In this document: one piece after another, positions 20,423 to 30,320 of the stretch
Layout: each line of letters begins with the position of its first letter
Numbering within the stretch: position 1 is the first letter of the stretch
Assembly (NCBI GenBank): GCA_965249725.1
Contig: CBDFMQ010000002.1
Coordinates: 64,001-128,000 of the forward strand
Direction of reading: 5' to 3'
Origin: Longimicrobiales bacterium
Lineage (GTDB): Bacteria > Gemmatimonadota > Gemmatimonadetes > Longimicrobiales > Gaopeijiaceae
Length of the DNA stretch: 64,000 nt
Made by a program: the position numbers and the translations under genes
Notes under the pieces: model-generated
What the model saw: only the letters and a program-made list of their open reading frames with translations
Told to the model about the DNA's origin: nothing
Databases searched by the model: none

Positions 20423-20749
20423 ATGGGATTCCTGGACACGAGTTCTTTCCGTCGCTTCGCGGCGGATAAGATGCAGAAAGTGAACCTGTTCGAGACGCCG
20501 CAGATGTTTTGTGATGTGTACTGCCTCGAGCCAGGCCAGGCGCAGAAGGTGCACACCCACGCCGGGGCCACGAAGTTCTACTACGTGATCGAGGGCGAGG
20601 GCACCTTCACCATCGGGGATGCCAGGCGCACCCTCGAACCCGGCCACCTCGTTTGGTGCGTGCCCGACGAGCCGCACGGGGCAGAAAACTGCGCCAATGT
20701 GCCGCTGGTGGTACTCGTTTCGATGGCACCCAACCCGAACTTGCTGTAG
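20423..20749 (+). CDS. cupin domain protein
   Basis: PGQAQKVHTH..YYVIEGEG..PGHLV..EPHG. Confidence 0.88.
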   Translation: MGFLDTSSFRRFAADKMQKVNLFETPQMFCDVYCLEPGQAQKVHTHAGATKFYYVIEGEGTFTIGDARRTLEPGHLVWCVPDEPHGAENCANVPLVVLVSMAPNPNLL

Positions 20750-20757
20750 CACCTAAG

Positions 20758-20778
20758 CCATAGCTTGAGCGCATGGGC
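20758..20778 (+). repeat. hairpin repeat, partial copy 2 (right half)
   Basis: CCATAGCTTGAGCGCATGGGC, 8 bp after the cupin stop codon. Confidence 0.85.
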
Positions 20779-21272
20779 ATACCGTCTTTCGGGTTCGACT
20801 CAGTTCAGACTCGCACTCCTCGGCTCACCATCCGCTGCGAGTATCCAGGCAGCAGCATGGAGCCCACGGAGGTGATCTTCAGGCTCTCACCGCGCTACGG
20901 CATCCACTCTGCTCGTGAAGCCCACGATTGGTTTCTGGGCATGATACAAGCTGCGAGCGCCGCAAGTGGTCAATGAGCGTAGTGTTGAACTCGTGCGATT
21001 GGCCGAGAAGTTGGAGGGATTGTAGGCCCCTACAGTCACTACATAGGAGAGAGGGTCCGATGACCGACGAACCAGTTGTCTGCGCTGACTGCGGGGAGGT
21101 AATCACGCCCCCTATCTTGGATGGCACTTACGAGATCTCATCGGCTGACAGTAAACCAAGACACATAGGTGGGTGCCCGAGCCAGGAAGGGAACGAGTTT
21201 GTTTGGAGGCCTCCACCAAGCAACACCGCCCATTACCCTGACTTGACCAGGGTGAAACCGGATAGGCCCATC

Positions 21273-21319
21273 CAGCCATCGCCCAACCTCAGCATCACCC
21301 ATAGCTTGAGCGCATGGGC
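21273..21319 (+). repeat. ~45-bp hairpin repeat, copy 3
   Basis: CAGCCATCGCCCAACCTCAGCATCACCCATAGCTTGAGCGCATGGGC. Confidence 0.95.
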
Positions 21320-21429
21320 GGTTCGACGTGAATTCGAGGAGCGGCTAGGTAGGATTTGGCACGCCCCTCGATCCGCAGTGAGCGTATCGTCAGATGCTCG
21401 CCCACCCGCAAACCTCCTAGACAGAGGAG

Positions 21430-22203
21430 ATGCAACTCATGTTTAACGGTCGCGCCTCGAATAGAGTTCAATGGGGAGCGCCGCTGGCAAGAGCCGATCC
21501 CGCGCTGCGCGCTCTTTTCACGGGCTACCTGTTGGTCATCGCGGTCGGTCTCCTGATGTCCTTTGCCCAGATACTTCTCACGCACGGAATGGCGGACGGG
21601 AAGTTTGGGCTTTCGGTGGACGACATTGTCTATAGCTACTATGGCAATCGTGAGGGCAGCCGAATCGAGGCGAAGCTGCAAGGCTCGATGAAGCTCATGG
21701 CTTCCGAGCAAGATCGAGCCGTGATCATCAGGTGGGTGCGCATGGGATCTCCACGCGACGTGTGGGAATCGCAAGTCCGCGAAGTCGTCTCCGCGAACTG
21801 CACGCGTTGCCACGGCACGTTGCCCGGACTAGTGGAGTACCGGAGCTATGAGGGCATCAAGTCGGTATCGCAGATCGATGAAGGTGCCACGGTGCCAACG
21901 CTGGCGCGCGTCTCCCACATCCACCTCTTCGGCATCGCATTCATCTTCTTCTTTGTGTGTCTCATCTTCGCGCAGGCCACGGGCATCCCAAACTGGCTTC
22001 GCGTTACCGCCATAGCGTCGCCGTATCTCTTTCTCTGCATCGACGTGTTCTCATGGTGGGCGACAAAGTGGGTTCCGTCCGCGGCCTACCTGACTTTGCT
22101 CGCAGGCTTCGGCTATGCTGCTGCTTCGGGCTTCATGATCTCGACGTCGCTCTACCAGCTTTGTTGGCCGAGTTTCGTACGTTCTCAGGATCTGAGTGAT
22201 TAG
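21430..22203 (+). CDS. membrane protein with c-type heme motif
   Basis: N-terminal TM, CTRCHG (CxxCH), SHIHLFGI, three further TM helices. Confidence 0.8.
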   Translation: MQLMFNGRASNRVQWGAPLARADPALRALFTGYLLVIAVGLLMSFAQILLTHGMADGKFGLSVDDIVYSYYGNREGSRIEAKLQGSMKLMASEQDRAVIIRWVRMGSPRDVWESQVREVVSANCTRCHGTLPGLVEYRSYEGIKSVSQIDEGATVPTLARVSHIHLFGIAFIFFFVCLIFAQATGIPNWLRVTAIASPYLFLCIDVFSWWATKWVPSAAYLTLLAGFGYAAASGFMISTSLYQLCWPSFVRSQDLSD

Positions 22204-22220
22204 CAGCCTCGCATCGATCC

Positions 22221-22264
22221 CGGCCATCGCCCAACTTCAGCATCACCCATAGCTTGAGCGCATG
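22221..22264 (+). repeat. ~45-bp hairpin repeat, copy 4
   Basis: CGGCCATCGCCCAACTTCAGCATCACCCATAGCTTGAGCGCATG, 17 bp after the stop codon at 22203. Confidence 0.93.
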
Positions 22265-22411
22265 CGTATGGCTCGAGCGTCAGCTTTGCATCCCGTTTGC
22301 ATCCCGAAAGACGGTTAAGAACGGTGATCGGACGCCTTAGGAGCGGTTAGGAACGGGCACGAAAGGCAGAAACCAGGCGGGAATCCCCGAAATCGGGCCT
22401 GTATGAACACT

Positions 22412-22456
22412 CTTTGCAAGCCAGAGGTCGCCGGTTCGATCCCGGCTGGCTCCACT
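22412..22456 (+). repeat. att site: exact 45-bp copy of the tRNA-Ala 3' half
   Basis: CTTTGCAAGCCAGAGGTCGCCGGTTCGATCCCGGCTGGCTCCACT is identical to 19786-19830. Confidence 0.97.
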
Positions 22457-22916
22457 GATGTAAAGCGTTTGTTCATATAGTGTTACTGGAGACCCCCTTG
22501 GTCAGCCGGCTGAGGGGGTCTCTATGTTTCTCTCTATGTTGAGCGCGGTTCCCAGGTACGAAGGGTGATGCTCAGGCCATGTCACTTGGATTGTATTGGG
22601 TGACGATCAGGCGGTCTCTGGTGCGACTCCAACTGGTGATCGCCTTGTCCCGGCCTTGCAGATTCGGGCTCTAGGCCCTGACAACTGTTCGAGATCCTGC
22701 GATCGCAGGAAAGGTCCGACGCCCAAGCTAACGGACGGTCTAGTTAAACCTATGTGACAACGGGCTGTCGAACCCTATGATCACTCAGAATCTACGGAAT
22801 TTTCGACATACAACATGACATGCCATGAGACGGGGGCGGAGGCTTGCCAGCGACTATGCGACCCAGCGGGATCGAGGCGCTTGCAACTTCGCACAGATTA
22901 GTCGCATCTTGCGGCC

Positions 22917-24437
22917 ATGTCCGACTCCGTGATCCGCCGGAACATTGCCCTCCCCTTAGGCTTGGTCTTCGTTCTGCCCCTTGTCTTGAATTGCGGGCCT
23001 CCTCCCACGGCCTCCCCACGGCCGGTCCTGACCGTTTTACAGTCATCCGTGTCGATTGGCGATCCCCATATCGCGAGTGACGCGGCCGGCCCGCTGAGCA
23101 TCATCTTCACCATCTATGAAGCGCTGGTAGGCCTGGATGAGGAAGGGAACTACCAACCTTCCCTGGCTGAGGGATGGGAAGTCGGAGAGGATGCCCGGAC
23201 CTGGACATTCTCTTTGCGCGATGGCGTGAAGTTTCATAACGGCGAGGTGCTGAGCGCCTCCGACGTCGTCGCCACCTTGGGCCGGGTTCTGGACCCGGCG
23301 ATCGGGGGCGTTCTCGGAACGCAGGGTGTTTACATCAGCTACTTGGGAACCGCCGAGATCTCCGCTCTCGATGACTCGACGGTGAGGATCGTCACCGAAA
23401 ACCCCATGGCGGATCTCCTAGATCTTCTGGTATCGATGCCGATCAGCCCCGCCGGCGAGTTGGACAAATTACCCGGGGAATATGTGGGCAGTGGCCCGTA
23501 CGAGATCGTCGAGCAGAGTGATACCCGGGTTGTCGTCGCGGCACATGACGAGTACTGGGGGAAAACTCCGGATTACCGGGAGATCAACTGGATCGCCGAA
23601 GGCGATTCAGGAAAGCGGGTAGAGGCCCTCCTGAACGGTCAGGCCGATATCGCATCGGGAATCGGGATGCAGGGCTGGGAGCGGATCACCGAGGATGGTA
23701 GGGCCGTGGCCCATGAGATGGATAGCGGATTGGCCATCATCTTCATGGCCAACGCACTCGAGGGGCCCAGCCGGGACCGCCGCGTGCGGCAGGCCTTGAA
23801 CTATGCCCTCGACGTGGATGAGATCATCGCCGAAATCAAGCATGGAGCCGCGCAACGGCTCAGCGGCTACCTGACCCCGCATCACTTTGGTTACAACCCC
23901 GAGACTCCCCGTTATCCCTACGATCCCGACAAGGCGCGGAGCCTCCTTGCGGAGGCCGGTTACGAAGACGGACTGACGCTGGTCTTCGATATTCCCACGG
24001 TGAGTCCCGATGAAATGCCCGAGTTGGGGCGAATGATGGTGGAACAATACAGGCGGGTGGGGATCACCCTGGAGATCGTCGAGCACCCGGACCGGCCGGC
24101 CTACTCGGAGATGGTTCGGGAGAAGAGGATCAACGACGCCGCTGGTTTCGACTCCAGTCCACGGAGCACCTATCGTGTCCTGAGGGAGAAGATCCACTCC
24201 GGGCTCAGGGGTCCCTGGTGGGAGGGGTACGAAAACGAAGAGGTGGACTCCCTGATCGAGAAAGCGCAGGCGACCGTCTCCGATGCGGATCGGCAGGCCA
24301 TCTACCGCCAGATCTATACGATCATCCGTGATGACGCCCCTTGGATCTTTCTCTATAACCCCACCCTGTATTGGGGCGTCGGGCCAACAATGAAGGACTG
24401 GAAGCCGAGGGCGGACGGCCTGCTCATCTTTTCCTGA
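22917..24437 (+). CDS. ABC transporter substrate-binding protein, family 5 (peptide/nickel), orphan
   Basis: IYEALV..PSLAEGWE..WTFSLRDGVKFHNGE, GSGPY, VRQALNYALD, YPYDPDKARSLL. No permease or ATPase adjacent. Confidence 0.92.
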   Translation: MSDSVIRRNIALPLGLVFVLPLVLNCGPPPTASPRPVLTVLQSSVSIGDPHIASDAAGPLSIIFTIYEALVGLDEEGNYQPSLAEGWEVGEDARTWTFSLRDGVKFHNGEVLSASDVVATLGRVLDPAIGGVLGTQGVYISYLGTAEISALDDSTVRIVTENPMADLLDLLVSMPISPAGELDKLPGEYVGSGPYEIVEQSDTRVVVAAHDEYWGKTPDYREINWIAEGDSGKRVEALLNGQADIASGIGMQGWERITEDGRAVAHEMDSGLAIIFMANALEGPSRDRRVRQALNYALDVDEIIAEIKHGAAQRLSGYLTPHHFGYNPETPRYPYDPDKARSLLAEAGYEDGLTLVFDIPTVSPDEMPELGRMMVEQYRRVGITLEIVEHPDRPAYSEMVREKRINDAAGFDSSPRSTYRVLREKIHSGLRGPWWEGYENEEVDSLIEKAQATVSDADRQAIYRQIYTIIRDDAPWIFLYNPTLYWGVGPTMKDWKPRADGLLIFS

Positions 24438-24596
24438 TCGCGGGACGAACAGCGGCCCTCAAGGTCTTCTGGAACCTATAACACGCAGTGCCTGAGGGCG
24501 TCGCCCCCCAGCCCACTGGTCCTGACGATGCCACGGTCGTAAACTCAGGCTCCAGGCCTGCGTGTGACATACAATCTCCGTATAGAGGGAACGGCC

Positions 24597-26135
24597 ATGC
24601 GCTACGCACAGCGACCGGGGGTTCCCGGAGTGCCCGAATTGGCCTTTGCCGGGATTAACCTGATGGCTGGCGCGGCCGCGGGCTCGATCCTCCGCCTGGC
24701 GGCGGTCGCCCTGACGGCCCTCGCGGGAATCGCTTTGACCGCCCCAAGCGCCCGAGCCCAGGTGACCTGCTTCGGCGACCCGACCTGCGTCCAGCCGGTC
24801 ACGGGCTACCCCATCGGCCGGCCCGGAACGCCCAACATCGAGGTGGTCTCGCACCTTCCCCTGCCCGGCGTGCCGTTCAGCCACACCGACATCGAGATCG
24901 AGCAGGACATGTCGCGGCCCTTCGTATACATCGCGCAGGGTTACGGTTCATCGGGCTTCTACGCCCTCAGCACCGAGGATCCGGAGAGGCCGCGGGTGCT
25001 GTATCGGTGGACGATCGACAACCCGGACCTGCACCTCGGCTCGGGCTGTAAGGACATCAAGTACGCCAAGGCCGAGGGGCGCTACTACGTGATTATATCC
25101 TGTCAGTTCGCGCAGGGGGGACCGGACGCCGAGCTGGGCGCGATCCTCTTCGACGTTACGGGGCTGCCGGATGGGTCAACGGTTCGCAAGGTCGCGGAGC
25201 TACGACTTCCGGACATGCCCTTGGGTTTCCATAACATCTTCGCCTACCGGCACTCCAACGGCCGTTCTCTGCTCCTTGCGACCACCAATTCCGAAGACGC
25301 CTTCATCTACGACATCGCGCAGCTGGCGGCGGGTGTCACGGACCCGGTCTCCGCGATCGCCGTCCCGGAGGCTTCGTGGGTTCCAGCCCAACCAGGAGCC
25401 GGCGGGGCGCGACCTGCCGGCCGAATGAATCAGTGGCACGACATGTACACCGGGTATCTGCCCGAGGCAGCCCAGGATCGCTTCTACGGCGCCGGGGCTG
25501 GCGGCTTCCACGTTTTCGACATGACCGACGTGGAGAACCCGAGACTGCTCACGTCCGTTACGGGAATCCCCGGGGTCGAGAACGGACACACCTTCACTCC
25601 AACGCCAGACGGTCGGTACGCTCTCGGCATGCCCGCGCCGACGTATCAACATTCGCCCGTGCGCTTTTTTGATCTTCGGCCTCCGGGCTCAGAGGGACAG
25701 ACGCCCAACATCGTCCGAGGCTCAGGCATCGGAGCCTGGATCCCGAAGTTCGGGGGCGCGACTCACAACCACGAGATCCGTTGGCCGTACGTTTTCATCT
25801 CCGCCCAGGATGACGGGCTCCAGATTGTGAACATGGCCGACCCCACGCGGCCGTTCACGGTCGGGTACTACCACACCCGACAGGGCCCCATGCTTCACGA
25901 TCCCCTGGGCCGGAACCCGTCACAGGCAACCACCGGCTACATCTACAACGGTGCGTGGGGCGTGGACATCCGGAACGAAGACGGCCTCATTGTGGTGAGC
26001 GACCAGAATTCCGGCTTCTGGGCGTTCCGCCTGGAGGGGTTTCAGGGATGGAACGGGAACAACTGGGGGATGCCGAACATCTCGAGCGCACAGTACTGGG
26101 ACGATGGTCCGGTGAGGCCAGAGCAAATCTGGTAG
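24597..26135 (+). CDS. secreted His-rich LVIVD-like beta-propeller, paralogue 2
   Basis: FHNIFAYRHSNG, WHD, GHTFTPTPDG, THNHEIRWPY, LQIVNMADP, WGMPNISSAQYWDDGP. Confidence 0.85.
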   Translation: MRYAQRPGVPGVPELAFAGINLMAGAAAGSILRLAAVALTALAGIALTAPSARAQVTCFGDPTCVQPVTGYPIGRPGTPNIEVVSHLPLPGVPFSHTDIEIEQDMSRPFVYIAQGYGSSGFYALSTEDPERPRVLYRWTIDNPDLHLGSGCKDIKYAKAEGRYYVIISCQFAQGGPDAELGAILFDVTGLPDGSTVRKVAELRLPDMPLGFHNIFAYRHSNGRSLLLATTNSEDAFIYDIAQLAAGVTDPVSAIAVPEASWVPAQPGAGGARPAGRMNQWHDMYTGYLPEAAQDRFYGAGAGGFHVFDMTDVENPRLLTSVTGIPGVENGHTFTPTPDGRYALGMPAPTYQHSPVRFFDLRPPGSEGQTPNIVRGSGIGAWIPKFGGATHNHEIRWPYVFISAQDDGLQIVNMADPTRPFTVGYYHTRQGPMLHDPLGRNPSQATTGYIYNGAWGVDIRNEDGLIVVSDQNSGFWAFRLEGFQGWNGNNWGMPNISSAQYWDDGPVRPEQIW

Positions 26136-26713
26136 GCCCGTTACATCGACCAGCACTGGACCATTCTGCCTGACGCCTCAAGCCTGCACCCGGCTTCCGC
26201 CGGACCGCAGGATTGTGAACGCTTTGAGCATGGCGGCCCCTGCGCACTAGTGCCTGACCCAGGTGGAGGATTGAACCCTCCCGGTCCAGCACGAGCTCAG
26301 CCGTGCCGCTCCCGTCCGCCCGCTTGGCCCACAGATCACGCTGTCCTGAACGATTCGATGTAAACGTCAGGGTTGCTCGCCAGACTCCGCAGACGCGCCA
26401 CCGGGTCCTGAGACCTTGTCAAAACTGGACTTGGGCATGTTCGATGTGGTTCTTTCCCTTCAGGGGTACCTCCTGACACTTGATGCCCGCACTGCTCACC
26501 GCCCAACCTCAGCAGTGAGGCAGGCGGTCCTCGACACGGCTCTGCTTGCGATTGGGCTCTCCAGTCTCGACCTGGGCGATCTCTTTTCGGGGCCATGTCT
26601 CGTGTGCCGACTGATCCTGCAGCGGATCTGCGTCAGAAGCTCGACGGACTACACCTCGGTACGCCACGTGATGATCAAGTTTTAGCCCTGGTGTCAGGGT
26701 GGCCCCATCGACC

Positions 26714-27220
26714 TCAGGACCCTTCCTCGACCACACGTGCGTCCGATTCGTGCGACTGGACGATCTTCCAGACCCCACCCTCACTCCGCCAGACCGCCGA
26801 AAAGCTGCGGTCGCGAAGTGGCCGGGCATTCCCCTCAATGTCCTTCGAAACGTATCGATAGATGCCCATGAAGGCCGCTCCGTCCCGCCCCATAGGAATG
26901 ACGCGTGCGTCGATCCACTCCCCCTCGAAGGAGGTCATCCCCCTGGTGAAGGCCCCGAAGTAGCCCTCTCGAACCGCCTCCCGATCAGCGTAGATGAACG
27001 CCGCCTCCGCGTAGGTCAGGTCTTCCCGCTCCGTGAAGTGCTCCATCACGCGGTCCACGTCCAGGGCCCGGTGGGTATCCAGGAACGACTCGGCCCTCGC
27101 TAAAACCTCCGCCTCGATTCCGGCTTTCTCGTCAGCGGTGAGGGCGGAGGGCGACGGGGGAGCGCAGGCCCCCAGCAAGGCAACCAGCACGAACGCCAAC
27201 GACAATGATCTTCTCTGCAT
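26714..27220 (-). CDS. NTF2/SnoaL-like (DUF4440-type) lipoprotein
   Basis: Lipobox LGAC, ALDVDRVMEHF, SAVWRSEGGVWKIVQSHES. RBS GGAGG. Confidence 0.85.
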   Translation of the reverse strand: MQRRSLSLAFVLVALLGACAPPSPSALTADEKAGIEAEVLARAESFLDTHRALDVDRVMEHFTEREDLTYAEAAFIYADREAVREGYFGAFTRGMTSFEGEWIDARVIPMGRDGAAFMGIYRYVSKDIEGNARPLRDRSFSAVWRSEGGVWKIVQSHESDARVVEEGS

Positions 27221-27266
27221 ACTGCCTCCTATCCGTGGAGACGGAACCCGGTGGGGATATCTGCCC

Positions 27267-28682
27267 TCATTCGGAGATAGGCCTCTGCACCCCATCAGGA
27301 CCGTTGTCCCAATCCTGCACGCTCGAGTTGTTGGGCATCCCCCAGTCATGGCCGTTCCAGCCGTCGAACCCGTCCATCTTGAAGACCCAGAAGCCTGTCT
27401 TCATGTCACTTGTGACAATAACTCCGTCCACGTTGCGTACATCGACGCCCCAAGCCCCGTCGTACACATCCCATGTGAAGTTGCCTGTGAGAGTCATGTC
27501 CTGACCCTTATCGTTGACGCCAGGATAGGTGTCGTAGTAGGCCACGGTGTACGGGTTCGTGGGGTCCATCATGTTGAACACCGAGAGACCCGTCACGTAG
27601 CCCGAGACGAAAACGTACGGCCAGCGCACTTCGTGGTTGTGGGCTACCGTCTCCCAGTCCGCATGCCAAGCTCCAATCGGCCGGTTGATGTTGACGACCT
27701 CACCCCGAGACGCGGACTCGAGCCCCTCCTTCATGTCGAAGATGCGCAGCGGCTGGTATTGCCATTCCGCTTCGCCCACCGCGTAGCGGCCGTCCGGTGT
27801 GGGCGTGAAGGTGTGTCCCCAGTTGAAGCCCGGCACATGGGTGATGGTGAGCAGGAGGTTGGGCTCCTCGGGGCGTGAAATGTCCCACACGTAATAACCT
27901 CCTCCCCCTCCGCCGTAGAACCTATCCTGCTGGGTAGCCGGATCGAAGCCCGCGTAGAGATCGTGATACCCCGTGGAGCGGTTCGCCGGATCGGGCGGAA
28001 CTCCAATGGTGCCGATGTATCCCTGGTCCGGGTCCCCAGCCAGGAATCTCCCCATGTCGAACATTTTGGCACCCTGGTGCGTCGCCAGGAGGATGGGTCG
28101 CCCGTCGGAGTGCTTGTACATGAAGATGTTGTGGAACCCGCCGCCACCCTCTGGACGGATGCGGCCCACCTCGCGGACTTTGGACCCGTCCGGGAGCCCG
28201 GTCACGTCGAGCACGATAGCGGCCACGTCGGAATCCGGTCCGCCTGGTCGGAAGAAGACGCCCTGGACGAGATAGTATCTTCCGTCGTGCTTGAAGTACT
28301 TCGAGTCCTGCCCGCCGCCTTGGTGGAGCTCCACGTTCTCGATCCGCCACTCGTGGATGACCTCGGCATTCTCCGGATCCTCGAGATTGATCACGTCGAA
28401 GCCCCCCACACCCCTCCGGGTCACGTAGGCGTAGGGCCGGTCCTCGTCCTGCTCGAGCTCGACGTCGGATATGCCGAGCACTTCCGAGCCCGAACCCACT
28501 TCGCCGATCTCGGTGCCGAGCGTGAGGTGCGAGAGAATCTGGATGTTGCTGCTCCCCCGCTGTCCAGGTTGGCGTGGATACGTCACGTCCACCTGGGCGA
28601 GGACACCGGCAGGGAGGACGACAGCGAAGGAAATGACCAGGGCAAGTCCTGTCCAAAGGGTCGACTCCGCTTTGTGCGACAT
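27267..28682 (-). CDS. secreted His-rich LVIVD-like beta-propeller, paralogue 3
   Basis: FHNIFMYKHSDG, GYHD, WGHTFTPTPDG, AHNHEVRWPY, WGMPNNSSVQDWDNGP. Confidence 0.88.
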   Translation of the reverse strand: MSHKAESTLWTGLALVISFAVVLPAGVLAQVDVTYPRQPGQRGSSNIQILSHLTLGTEIGEVGSGSEVLGISDVELEQDEDRPYAYVTRRGVGGFDVINLEDPENAEVIHEWRIENVELHQGGGQDSKYFKHDGRYYLVQGVFFRPGGPDSDVAAIVLDVTGLPDGSKVREVGRIRPEGGGGFHNIFMYKHSDGRPILLATHQGAKMFDMGRFLAGDPDQGYIGTIGVPPDPANRSTGYHDLYAGFDPATQQDRFYGGGGGGYYVWDISRPEEPNLLLTITHVPGFNWGHTFTPTPDGRYAVGEAEWQYQPLRIFDMKEGLESASRGEVVNINRPIGAWHADWETVAHNHEVRWPYVFVSGYVTGLSVFNMMDPTNPYTVAYYDTYPGVNDKGQDMTLTGNFTWDVYDGAWGVDVRNVDGVIVTSDMKTGFWVFKMDGFDGWNGHDWGMPNNSSVQDWDNGPDGVQRPISE

Positions 28683-28729
28683 TTTGTTACCTCCGGTCGT
28701 TTCCTGTCCCGGCGATGAGGCGCTGCACG

Positions 28730-30121
28730 CTAGTCCGAGATCGGCCGCTGCAGGCCATCGGGACCGTTGTCCCAGTCCTGCACGCTCGAGATGTTGGGCA
28801 TCCCCCAGTCGTGGCCGTTCCAGCCGTCGAACCCGTCCATCTTGAGGGCCCAGAACCCCGTCGTGATGTCACTGATGACGATTAGCCCGTCGACGTTGCG
28901 GACATCGACGCCCCAGGCTCCGTCGTATACTCCCCAGGTGAAGTTCCCCCCTCGGGTGAAGTCCTGCCCCTCGTCGTTCTTTCCGGGATACGTGTCGTAG
29001 TACGCCACCGTATACGGGTTCGTGGGGTCCATCATGTTGAACACTGAGAGGCCCGTCACATACCCCGACACGAAAACGTATGGCCAGCGAACCTCGTGGT
29101 TATGCGCCACCGTCTTCCAATCCGCATGCCACGCCCCGATCGGTCGGTTGATGTTGAGGAGGTCGCCTCGGGACGCAGCTTCGAGCCCCGGCGTCAGGTC
29201 GAAGATACGGAGCGGTTGGTACTGCCACTCCGCCTCACCCACGGCGTAGCGGCCATCGGGTGTCGGTGTGAAGGTGTGACCCCAATTGAACCCCGACACT
29301 CCCGTGATGGTAATCAGGAGCGTCGGGTTCTCGGGCATCGAGATGTCCCATACGTAGTAGCCGCCTCCCCCACCACCGTAGAACTTGTCCTGTTGGGTGG
29401 TCGGGTCGAAGCCCGCGTAGAGATCGTGGTAGCCGGTCGAGAGGTTGCCTGGATCCGGCGGGACGCCGATGGTGCCGATCAATCCCTGATCCTCGTCACC
29501 GGCCAAGAAGCGGTCCAGGTCGTACATTCTGGCTCCCACCTTGGTGACGATCAGAATGGGCCGGCCGTCGGAGTGCTTGTAGGTGAACATGTTGTGGAAG
29601 CCACCCAGGGCGTCGGCGGCCCTGATGCGACCCACCTCCCGGATGGTGGAGACGTCGGGCAATCCGGTCACGTCGAAGACGATGGCGCCCACATCCGCGT
29701 CCGGCCCTCCCTGGCGGAACTGAACCGACTGAATGAAATAGTAGCGACCGTTGGACTTGAAGTACTTCGCGTCCCTTCCTCCGCTACCCTGGTGGAGCTC
29801 GGGGTTCTCGATCCGCCAGCGGTAGACGACCTCGGCGTTCTCCGGATCCTCGAGGCTGATGAGATCGAAGCCCGTGTGCATACCGCTTCGCACCACGTAC
29901 GCATACGGTCTTTCGGCGTCCTGCTCGACTTCGATGTCTGCGACCGTCCCCAGTCCCAACGGCAGGTGTGAGAGAATTTCAACGTTCCGGCTTCCCGCCT
30001 CACCCGGCATCCTGGGATAGGTCGGGGCCTCTTGGGAAAGGGCACGGGACGGCGGAGTCGCCGCGAGCGCGATGGCGAGGAACGTGCCAAGCCGGGTGAT
30101 CGCATGTGGTTTCAGCAGCAT
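28730..30121 (-). CDS. secreted His-rich LVIVD-like beta-propeller, paralogue 4
   Basis: Same motif set as paralogue 3, with a signal peptide. Confidence 0.88.
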   Translation of the reverse strand: MLLKPHAITRLGTFLAIALAATPPSRALSQEAPTYPRMPGEAGSRNVEILSHLPLGLGTVADIEVEQDAERPYAYVVRSGMHTGFDLISLEDPENAEVVYRWRIENPELHQGSGGRDAKYFKSNGRYYFIQSVQFRQGGPDADVGAIVFDVTGLPDVSTIREVGRIRAADALGGFHNMFTYKHSDGRPILIVTKVGARMYDLDRFLAGDEDQGLIGTIGVPPDPGNLSTGYHDLYAGFDPTTQQDKFYGGGGGGYYVWDISMPENPTLLITITGVSGFNWGHTFTPTPDGRYAVGEAEWQYQPLRIFDLTPGLEAASRGDLLNINRPIGAWHADWKTVAHNHEVRWPYVFVSGYVTGLSVFNMMDPTNPYTVAYYDTYPGKNDEGQDFTRGGNFTWGVYDGAWGVDVRNVDGLIVISDITTGFWALKMDGFDGWNGHDWGMPNISSVQDWDNGPDGLQRPISD

Positions 30122-30320
30122 CTGGCACCTCCGGATCTTTATGCGGCCTACGCACGGTCCGTATCATCTCGCCATCTCGGCGAGGAGCACCGGGGCGATG
30201 ACACCGGCCGGCGAATGGCGGGTGCCTCGGTTGATTGGAGAAGCACCGCACAGTCCTCCCACGGCGCTCTCCCTGCTTCCGCTGACGAAGACGAGCCACT
30301 CCGTCGTTGCTAGATTTCCG

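Noticed and set aside
26500..26527. Fifth copy of the hairpin repeat (CGCCCAACCTCAGCA)
   Set aside because: Only 15 bp match and the right arm differs, although it forms its own hairpin. Not enough to call.
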